Shown here in pieces: positions 22,597 through 31,471 of a DNA stretch of 64,000 bases (positions are counted from its first letter, which is position 1; the number at the start of each line of letters is the position of its first letter). The notes below the pieces were generated by a model. The model ran no database searches. It saw nothing but the letters and a program-made list of their open reading frames with translations, and was not told where the DNA came from. The translations under genes and the position numbers were made by a program. Origin of the DNA: Minutocellus sp. GHC0000111 (Eukaryota); contig OZ361256.1 of assembly GCA_977018835.1 (NCBI GenBank), positions 2,480,001 to 2,544,000 of the forward strand. Direction: 5' to 3'.

Positions 22597-24775
22597 TCGG
22601 GAGATGGTAGAAGCAATTTCGTGAGGTCAGCATCATCAGAGAGATCGGTGTCACGAGAAAGAGAATCGGCCTCCGGATTGCGCTTCCCCTGGAACCACTG
22701 TGAGCACAGCATGGTGTTGGTCTCGATGAGCATGTCGGCTAGTTTCCGCGCCGTGGCCAGCTTGACCGCTACGTCGGCATCCTTCTCGCCGTGAGACACG
22801 AAGTTCGACTTCCTGAGCCATCCCTCGGCCGTGGTGCTGTCGGTCCCCGACAGCACGCAGGAGAGGGTTGGTAGGTTGCCCTCGATGTGGTCGATCCATG
22901 GGCCGATGACGGCGGCGAGGAATTCCAGGCAATTGAGGGTGAACCGGCCCCATGGCTCCTCGGGGAGGGCAAATCTCCACGCTCTGCCGGATGAGGACCA
23001 TCCGCCGATGCCGTGCTCGCAGGCGTCACTCATGCACTCGTGGGTGGGGCAACGGCACGTGAGGAGGTTCATGCTCATGCCATCGGCGGCCCTTCGGAGG
23101 AAGCGGAGCCACAGGTTGAGGTCTTCTGCATCCTCAGAGTCGAACCGTTGGCGGCCGTGGCGGCGGGCCTTCCAGAGCCGATCCCGAAGGCGGCTGAGGA
23201 AGTGTCGTGCGGCTGGAGTGATGCATCCGACGTGGTTTAGCCTTCCGACCAAGGTGTCCAGCTCTGATCTGGTGGCGCCGCGGGCTCTGAGGAGCCGAAG
23301 CATGTCATCGCGCCAGGCCAGGTGCTTGCTCCAAGGGAGCCTCAGCAGGAGCCGCCGGGCATCAGCATCCCACCCCAAGAGACACAGCACTTCGGAAGGC
23401 GTCCCCTCGGCGAGCAGCTTCTTGATGGAGGCAAGGTCATCTCTGGGCAGTGGCTCGCTGTCGGATGCCGGTCGGCCAAGCGCGTGAATGGCGAGGAGGG
23501 TGGCAGCGGATGTCCGATCCTTGTTGTCGCCCAGGTCAGGGGCTGCGGCGATGAGGTCATCGATGTGCGGCTCGACGATGCCATCCTTGTTGTCGGGAAG
23601 GGTCACGATCATGTCCAGGGCCGGCGCGAACGGTGCATCGTCGCCCTCCACCTTGGGGCGACCCAAGTGCTTCTGCTGGGGGCTGTGGAGCTCTGACGGG
23701 TCCCAGTCCGAGCATTGCAGGAGGGCCCTGGCCAGGTCGGCCGCCGATTCGGATGCATTGCACCATTCGCTCGGGCAAGGGCGGCCGCCGAAAGTCAGCC
23801 GGAGGGACATGAGGGCAACGCCATCCAGGGTGGTGATCGTTTTGACGGCCGTGCTGGGAGCCAAGTGGGCCCGGCGACACGCAGCCTTGAAATCGACCTT
23901 CTGCAGGAGGATGGGAGCACGGGGATGCTTGTGACGGGCGTCTGCGATGTGGTGGATCACTCGCCGGAGGGCATGGCCGAACACCACTGGCTGGTGGTCC
24001 TCCATGCGCACTCTGTTGTTGACGGACCGTGCGGCACCGATCTCGAAGGATTGGTCGTGAGTCAGGCGGTCCTTGGGCATGATCTCGCCAGCCTCGCTGA
24101 TCGTGTTCTGTGCTGCCAAACCCATCGGAGCCACCTCCGCTCCAGGAATGAGGGGCGCGACCTTTGCTGGCAGAGGGAGGGCGAAACCGCGGGTCACGTC
24201 GTCGAGAACTTGGTCCTTGAGCACCTCCGGCCTGTCCCTGGCCGATTTGTGGTTGCCTCGGCCGATGTTCTTTATCACGCTGTCCAGTCTGCTTTCGTCG
24301 CTCACCGGATCGAGGGCCCAGTCGGATCCACTGTCGAGAATGGAGCGGAAGCGGGGCCACAGCGGGTGCCGGCCAAGAATCGGCTCCAGAAGACTCAGGT
24401 CTCTGAACTCCGATCCCCCGGTTGGAGTGGCGACCCGCCCTGCGCCTCGAGTGCCCTGCTCAGAGAACGATCGCATTTCTTGAGGACCGACCAATTGTGA
24501 GCGGCGGCCTCCGTCAAGAGCTCAAATCTGAACTCCGTGGGCTTCGGTGTGGCCGACGGGGACTCGACTGCTAGTCGGACGCACTGTGCCAAGGTGGAAA
24601 CATCGAAGATGGGCTCTAGTTCCCACACGTGGAGTTGCATGAGGCGAGAAAAAGGTGAGACATGCACATGCTGCACGTTCACGAGCATGCGGGTCTGTCC
24701 GACCGTGGTGGGCCCATTGTGGGCGCTGGGCTGCCCCCCGTTTGTTGTAGGTGTTTCTTCACCTGTTGGTCTCAC
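22065..24775 (-). CDS. Reverse transcriptase / RNase H of the retroelement (frameshift near 24415; catalytic motifs mutated)
   Basis: GNHKSA, KDRLTHDQSF, KVDFKAACRR, LRLTFGG, PHIDDL (YxDD position), LGW, GRLNH; RNase H SDACEHGIGG, NCLEFLA, TDSTTA, NPEADSLSR. Confidence 0.9.
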
Positions 24776-25277
24776 TTGCCATTTTGGCGTGTCGGTTCTG
24801 CTTCCTTGCTGTGCGTAGGGGAACCAGGGGGGGACTGTGCTTCGGGTTGGGGCTGCTTGCCTAGGAGATCCTTCTCTCGCTGGCCTAGCCGGTCGAAGAG
24901 GTTGTCGGTGGCTTCCGCACCGCCAGCGTTAGTGGTGCTGGAGCCAGAGCCTGAGATGCTGTTGTCGGCGCAGGCATCACCGCTGGTGTTAGGGGGACCA
25001 GGACCCGACCGAAGGTCACTGCTAACGCCTCGGCCTTCTGCTCCGGTGTTAGGGGCACCGGAGAGCCTGGATTGGTTGCTGATGTCGTTGCGACCGCACA
25101 CGCCGGATTTTGGGGTGCCGGACAACCTTGGGCGGCTGGAGCCACCGGGGCGGATCGACGCCGACGTGTCTGGCTGCACTCGACGGCGCGCTTGGAGGGA
25201 CGAGCTCGGCCGGCTGGCCGAGATGTTTCTCCAGCATCCTCCGAGGGTGGGCCACGCCTCCGTGCCCACCCGATCCG

Positions 25278-27333
25278 TCATTCCTCCGCCTCCTCGTGCT
25301 TCCGATCGCATTTCTCGACGCACTGCTCGACGGGTCCTCTCTCCGATGCCTTAAGAGGCCTCTTGACATGCGACTTCTTGAGCTTGCACGAGGATCCGGC
25401 GCCGCAGACACCTGTCAGGATGAATGGAGGGCAGAATTTACGGCCATTAATTTCAGGTCTGTCCTCATAGGGCTCGGATTTCTTGCCATGCCGTTTTGCA
25501 AAGTTGCCGGGGTTGACATCGAACGTGACGAAGTGTTCGCACTGGTGGGCTCTGCCGCTGGCGCCGCCCGTCTTTTGCTTCTTTTTCGGACTGGTTCTTG
25601 GCTCTGATTTGTCGGAGTCGGAATCCGAGGAAGGGGTGGGAGCGTCGGCCGATTGGACGAGCTTGATGTGGCTGGGGTAGACGAAAGGATTCTGAGTCTT
25701 CATTGTCTTTTTGGACTCGTCGGCCATTGAGAAGCAAGAGAGGTCGTTGCCGGCGTCGTCGGGGGAACGGAGACAAGCTTTCCAGAATGCATGGATGGAG
25801 GCGTCGACATTGTGGAACATCGCCAGCCAGAACTTCTCGCCATGGCTCTCGGCGACGTCGCGGTGCTGGTCCTCGTGTGTCTTCATGTGACTGAGGACCC
25901 TGGCGACGTAGCGAGCGGGCTCGGAATCCTCTCCGGCAAGGAAGGAAATGCCAGCGCCGAAGGCCGAGATGTGACGTTTGGCACCGTCGCACTCGGTTGG
26001 GGACCGGTAGTTCTGCTTCAGAAGAGCCTTCACCTGAGTCGAGGTATATCCTTTCTTTTGAGAGGCGGCGAGGTGCAGGGGCGCATTGCTGCTGCTGGAG
26101 TTTGCCGGGCTAAAGGCGAAGACAGAGAAGCCATCGTAGATTTTCTTGTCGCTCTTCCCGAAGCCAAAGAGGCGGACGTAAGTGGTGAGGCCCTGGAGAG
26201 ATGTCCTGACTCCGGTCTTGCCCTTTACATGCAGCTCGAGGCCGACGGCTGCTTGCGTGAGGTTTGACTCTTCCAGCAGTGCTTTCAATCCTTCGGGAAG
26301 ATTCGAGTCGATCGCTGCTACATCATCGTCATGCTCGGTCGAGACCCGGCAGAAAGCGGCACAGGCCTTGAGGATGGCGCCATTCATCGAGTGCTTCTTG
26401 TCGACCTTGTCAGTGTAGGCCATGACTGCGCCGGTGAGGGAGGATGCTTCGGACGCGGCCCTAGTCATGGCGTTGGCCGCGGTAGTGACTGCAGAGTCGG
26501 TCGGGGCGCCACCGGCTGGTGGTCCGTCGCCACTGGCGCCAGTGATGTGCCGAGCGTGCATCTCACGGGCGCATGTCTTGAGAGCCGGGTCCGTCCGTCG
26601 TTGGGTGCAAGCTGACGGCCGGGATGTCACCTTGCTCGGACGTGGCGACGAACCACAGCCACTTGACGACGTGTTGAACAGCCTCATTGGAGCGAAGACC
26701 TGCTGCGCCATGACCCTCGTCGTCACCGCTGTCTGATGCGTCGTCGCTGCCGGCGTCCTCATCCAGCCGACGTTTGATGGCGGACAGGATGGCCCAAGGC
26801 GATGCCTCGTGCTCTTCCAGAACGTTCTGCAGAATCGAAGGTGGCAGTAGCACAAGGGACTTAAACTTCGTGGAGGCACTCCGGTGGCGGGTGTTGGAGC
26901 CTTCCTGGGTGAGACCGGTTAGGGCGGCTTCTGACGGTGCCCCCAGTGTGGCTTCCACCGATGGGGCTAGGACCTCCTTGTACCGCAAGAGGCTAGGTTG
27001 GGCCAACGCCATTGCCGGGGCTGCATCGTCGATCCCGAGGAGCCCACCCCACCTGAGGTCGGGCTGCATGGTGGTGCCTCCCTGAGCCACGGCATGGTGA
27101 ATCACCACGACTTTCCCTTCTGGATGGTGGGCCAGCATGGACAAACCCTCGGCGTCGCGGATTTGCTGCTGGATCGCTCGGGCATGGCTCTGGACCACAG
27201 CGGCCGTGGGGTCGGTTTCACAGACGTTGTCGGCGAGGAATCTCTGGAAATCTCGAGCTACGGCGGCGTCGGCCCCGGCCGGTGTCTCTTGTGCCAGCAG
27301 GACTGACTTCCAGGTGTTGAAAGATGAAGCCAT
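25278..27333 (-). CDS. gag-like ORF with C-terminal C-x7-C-x5-C-x5-H zinc knuckle; frameshift from a 4-nt duplication near 26590
   Basis: ORFs 26563-27342 and 25278-26879 join at HPTTD/PALKT. FCPPFILTGVCGAGSSCKLKKSH lies immediately upstream of pol. Confidence 0.7.
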
Positions 27334-27349
27334 GGTGATCAATGCTCGA

Positions 27350-28903
27350 TCACCTTGCCTGTCGCCTTCGGCGTCGGTCCTCTCGGCGCTGGATGTGGTT
27401 CAGATCGGCCTTGAGGGTGAGGATGCGGTCGGCGATGTTGGGCTCTCCAAAGGCGGATAGAAGGATGTTGAATGCCTGACGCGGTGGCTCTGATACCAAA
27501 ATATCGGCGGTGATATCTCGCAGGCGGACAGGTGCCTCGAGATCGTCGGGGCGCCGGTGAATTGATGCTCTTGGCCAGACGCGGTAGTGGGCACCCTCCC
27601 AGCGATTTGGATCGGCCGTGTCGTCTAGCCACCTCGGATAGACTCGATGGCAGGTGCCTGCCCAGCGGTGTGAGGGGGACGCCGTTAGGTCTGCCAGCCT
27701 TCCCCAGTATTCGTACGGGTTGACCTCCACTCGGTGTCCAAGAGGATTGCTGTCAGGCCGAGTGTGTCGGAGTCGAGCGCTGGTGAGGCTCTCGAATCCA
27801 CTGTCCCAGTTGATAATAGCTTCAGTGAGTTGGTCCGGTCGTAGGTGCTGCCGTCTCTGGAACGGGTGCGGCGAATCCAGCGGGAACTGGGTGATCAGGG
27901 CGAAAGGGCCGATGAGATCTCCTCGCTCCAATGCCACACTGACGCCAGCCCGCTCGGTTCGGTCGTGTGCGTCACGTGGGTAGAAGAGTGGCCTTACCTC
28001 CCACTCGAAATAAGTGAGCGGCAGCGTTGGTGGAAGCTCGCTCCCCCGTGAACCTGTGCAAGCGTACGGTGTCGGCTCTAGAGGTCTGCCCTCTCTGGCC
28101 GCGATGCGCCGTCTTTCTTTTCGGTCGGCCTGGTAGTGGAGGATGCACTGCGTGAGCCGGCAGAGCTGGGGCCAGATGCAATGGTGTTGCCGCGCTGCTG
28201 CTGCCGATGCCTCCGGACACCTTCGCCCCCGATGCTGTTGAACCACGACGCCTCCGTCTGCCCGTGGCAGTCGGTGCAGTGCACTGCTCAGGTCCAACTC
28301 AGTTGCCGTCTCGTGTGCCCGGCGGATCTCAGGCTCGGTAAGGCGCGTGGCTATCAGCCAGATGTTGACGAGGTACGTGGGCCAGTCCGGTGACACCAAG
28401 AAGGCTTGTTGCTCGAGGTACTCGGCGACCAGACCGTGCGCTGCTGGAGTGAGGTGTGAAACGGCTGCTGCTGGGGATGGCTGGTACCCCGTGGCTCTCG
28501 ATGGGAGGTGGCCTGTGGCGCGCTCGACGAGATCGGTGAGGTACTCGGTAACGTCGATTCGGCCCTCGGCAAAACTTTTCCACCAATCCAGTGAGTCTGT
28601 GGTCAGTCTCTCGGACGACGCCCTGGCTGTGAAGAAACTTCTGCGCCCGGGCCGAATCTGACGTCTGAGTCTGTCCCAGCCTCGTGGAAGGTCAGGAGAG
28701 TCTCCTCGGACGATGAGGTCTCTTGCCACTCCGAACAACACGTGATCCAGTTCCGGTCGATCTGGTTCGGCCATGCACTGTTCTGCCGTCGTAGAGACTG
28801 GTATCGGATCTACGTGCACTATCAACGGAGCTGAGCCGTGGCCGTTTGACTCCGGAGTCGACTGCGGTCTCTGGACTAACAGCAGTGGTGGTGTGTCGGC
28901 CAA
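27350..28903 (-). CDS. Additional 5' ORF of unknown function inside the retroelement
   Basis: 517-codon open frame between A1 and gag, same orientation as the other element ORFs; TTG start, first ATG about 43 codons in. Confidence 0.55.
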   Translation of the reverse strand: MADTPPLLLVQRPQSTPESNGHGSAPLIVHVDPIPVSTTAEQCMAEPDRPELDHVLFGVARDLIVRGDSPDLPRGWDRLRRQIRPGRRSFFTARASSERLTTDSLDWWKSFAEGRIDVTEYLTDLVERATGHLPSRATGYQPSPAAAVSHLTPAAHGLVAEYLEQQAFLVSPDWPTYLVNIWLIATRLTEPEIRRAHETATELDLSSALHRLPRADGGVVVQQHRGRRCPEASAAAARQHHCIWPQLCRLTQCILHYQADRKERRRIAAREGRPLEPTPYACTGSRGSELPPTLPLTYFEWEVRPLFYPRDAHDRTERAGVSVALERGDLIGPFALITQFPLDSPHPFQRRQHLRPDQLTEAIINWDSGFESLTSARLRHTRPDSNPLGHRVEVNPYEYWGRLADLTASPSHRWAGTCHRVYPRWLDDTADPNRWEGAHYRVWPRASIHRRPDDLEAPVRLRDITADILVSEPPRQAFNILLSAFGEPNIADRILTLKADLNHIQRREDRRRRRQAR

Positions 28904-28940
28904 TAATTACGAACTCGTAGAGTAGCACAAACCTAATGCT

Positions 28941-29070
28941 AAAACTAACTAACTACTGAGAGAGAGAGACAGGCTCTGGGAGCCGGTACTGTAAGCTGAC
29001 TTAGCAATTGCAACGGCAGCAATCGCAGAGATGGTTGTGTGTGTGTGGCTTCTTGCTTGGTCAGTTGAGA
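28941..29070 (-). repeat. Partial tandem copy of repeat A
   Basis: aaaactaactaactactgagaga...ggtcagttgaga, with slippage insertions relative to about 29109-29225. Confidence 0.85.
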
Positions 29071-29341
29071 CGGTAAATGAAACTTCTTAGACGGGTTTGA
29101 GGGAATTTAAAACTAACTAACTACTGAGAGAGAGAGAGAGACAGGCTCTGGGAGCCGGTACTGTAAGCTGACTTAGCAATTGCAACGGCAGCAATCGCAG
29201 ATGGTTGTGGCTTGGTCAGTTGAGACGAGAGGAGGGGCGAAGGTGGTGGTCAGCAGAAAAACTGGGCACTACAGGAATGCAGTTTTAGTGCCTGCTGCTA
29301 ACCACCGTCGCCAGCTCATCCCCACCGTGCGGTACCCACAA
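29071..29341 (-). repeat. Split direct repeat A1 (element 5' terminus)
   Basis: Near-identical to 20890-21173. Confidence 0.92.
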
Positions 29342-30484
29342 CTCATATGCGGTGCCACCGCAGCCACGACCTTTGTAGGTGCGTGGTACTACCGCCCCGT
29401 GGCTGATTTCTCCACAGACGGCACCGGTCCACGTCGCGACGCGGAAATCTTCTGCTCGGAGACCAACCCGTACATCCGAATGCACACTCCGCCGATATTG
29501 GAGGCTGCCCGAACTCTGTCGATTGGATTCACCACCATTGCCATACGATTATTTATCAACTCATATGGGAGCTTTGATATCGTCGACGATGACAACTATC
29601 AAAACTTTGTACAGACTGTTTTGGGCGAGGGGCGGGAAAACTCCCGGGGGCTCATCACTGTGTCCAACCATCGGAGCTTGTTTGACGACCCAGGTGTCAT
29701 GTCGGGCATATTGCCTTGGTGGATCACCCTGCGGCCCAAGTACAACCGTTGGGGGATCTGTTCGCAGGAGTACTGTTTCAATGATGTCCTGCCAGGGCTG
29801 ATCAAGGGATACATCGGTGCTGGCCAAGTCCTGCCGATATGTCGGGGAAAGGGGGTGAATCAAAAGCTACTGTTGGACTTTGCACGTCATCTGGCGGCAG
29901 GCGAGTGGTGTCACATATTCCCCGAGGGCGGCGTTTGGCAGCTCAAGGAGCTGGGAGGCCGGCGGGATATGGAGGGATCCTACGGCAGAGGTCGAGTGAA
30001 TGGGCCTGGCAAGTTGCGATGGGGCGTGGGGAAGCTCATTGCACATGCGCCGGTGAGACCTCGCGTTGTCCCCTTTGCTCATGCCGGCATGGAGAATCTG
30101 CTTCCTCAGGACCCCGAGAGTGGGATTACCATGCGCAAACGAAATATCATTGGAGGGGATCCTTTGCGAATATTGGTGCGATTTGGCGAGGAACTTCATT
30201 TCGACGATCTGATCGAAGAACACGAGGCAAAGCATGGCAAGTTGTGGACCTATGAGGCCACCACCGAATCCAAAAAGGAGGAGGACGATATCCGATACGG
30301 TGGATTGGGCGGAAGCAATCAGCGAGGCGAATTCCACAATCGATGGGATTCTTCGCCCGAAGAAAAGATACTGTACAGCAAGATTGCGTCTCGGATAGAG
30401 GAGCATCTGGACAAACTCACCAAGGAGGTTGTGGCCGAGCACGCTCGCAAGGGTGAGGAATTACGGATACAAGAGGGGAGGTGA
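29342..30484 (+). CDS. TAZ: Tafazzin (phospholipid transacylase), main body downstream of the insertion
   Basis: LITVSNHRSLFDDP (HxxxxD), RWGICSQEYCF, GQVLPICRGKGV, WCHIFPEG, WGVGKLI. Confidence 0.88.
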   Translation, partial: LICGATAATTFVGAWYYRPVADFSTDGTGPRRDAEIFCSETNPYIRMHTPPILEAARTLSIGFTTIAIRLFINSYGSFDIVDDDNYQNFVQTVLGEGRENSRGLITVSNHRSLFDDPGVMSGILPWWITLRPKYNRWGICSQEYCFNDVLPGLIKGYIGAGQVLPICRGKGVNQKLLLDFARHLAAGEWCHIFPEGGVWQLKELGGRRDMEGSYGRGRVNGPGKLRWGVGKLIAHAPVRPRVVPFAHAGMENLLPQDPESGITMRKRNIIGGDPLRILVRFGEELHFDDLIEEHEAKHGKLWTYEATTESKKEEDDIRYGGLGGSNQRGEFHNRWDSSPEEKILYSKIASRIEEHLDKLTKEVVAEHARKGEELRIQEGR

Positions 30485-30549
30485 AGATATATATCTTTAA
30501 ATATTGCGGGAAGGCTTACGCAACGAAGAAAAAATTGAAAGCATTTGGA

Positions 30550-31005
30550 TCAGTCGACTTTGTGGCCACAAAATTTCTTGACGGCCTTTCTCCACTTGCT
30601 CTTCTTGGTGAATTTGCACACGGCCAGCTTCTTGGCCTCGGTCTTGCATCTCTTCCGGATGCACCGGTCGATGTCGTTGTCGTCTCCGTTGGCCTCCTTC
30701 TTGCATTTTTGGACACAATTGCAAAATTCCTTCTTTTTGGATTTGCAGTTTCCACCATCGCTGCTGCACTGAACAATCATCTTGAGGCATATCCTTTCGT
30801 TGGCCTTGCTGCAGCATTTGCAGTACCCATCGCTGCCAGCTTGGATCTCAATCGTTCCCGACGGGCAGCCCTTCTTCCCGTCGAGATGGCGGCGGTGCAA
30901 TCGTGCAGCAGATTGGCTTGTCGCCAGCGCCGACGCTTCTGCTGACGCGACCACGATTGGGACGAGGATCAATAACAACAAGGAGGGCAAGGCTTTTGAT
31001 TTCAT
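30550..31005 (-). CDS. Small secreted Cys/Lys-rich protein
   Basis: Signal peptide MKSKALPSLLLLILVPIVVASA, RRHL motif, then 14 Cys in a basic domain of about 110 aa. Confidence 0.7.
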   Translation of the reverse strand: MKSKALPSLLLLILVPIVVASAEASALATSQSAARLHRRHLDGKKGCPSGTIEIQAGSDGYCKCCSKANERICLKMIVQCSSDGGNCKSKKKEFCNCVQKCKKEANGDDNDIDRCIRKRCKTEAKKLAVCKFTKKSKWRKAVKKFCGHKVD

Positions 31006-31471
31006 GATGTGAGCGAGAAATAATGAGCCGGGCATGCAGAGGCTACATGTAGAGTCAATATAGACTCTACATGTGTGTGCATGCGCGAGAAATTTCCATC
31101 GGTTCCCTGTGCGAGGTCCGGTTGAGGGAAACGAGCCGCCGGCAGTAGGTCTACGAGCATGTGAAATCTAATTCAAGTAGACCAAACCATCATCAATCCT
31201 GTCTGTCAACGGCAAGCAAGAGATCTCTGTTGGGTCGATTTGATATTTTTGATACGATACAATGTTTAGCCACTATTGCTCGGTCAAAACATTTTGTAGG
31301 CACTAATGATCATAGATGTCCAGCGGTCTGTGTGTCGGCGATCACTCGGCCGCCCGGCACTTGATGTATCCATCCGAGGGATGGCTTGATCCATCCATAG
31401 CCACTCTCTGTGCTAAGATACGCACGCACGTCGTGCCAAAGAAGACACCGCACTTTGCGAACGAACACCGC

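Larger units (their letters stand above)
20841..29341 (-). mobile_element. Tyrosine-recombinase retrotransposon (Ngaro/DIRS superfamily) with split direct repeats A1-ORFs-B1-A2-B2
   Basis: gag-like, RT/RNase H and YR ORFs on the minus strand. A1 29071-29341 matches A2 20890-21173; B1 21174-21220 matches B2 20841-20887. No target-site duplication seen. Confidence 0.92.

Noticed and set aside
21362..26736. Many overlapping ORFs on both strands within the retroelement
   Set aside because: Expected from TpA depletion, which removes TAA/TAG stops in all frames; not independent genes.
29180..29341. N-terminal 54 aa of the 434-aa ORF as the native tafazzin start
   Set aside because: Lies entirely within terminal repeat A1 of the retroelement.
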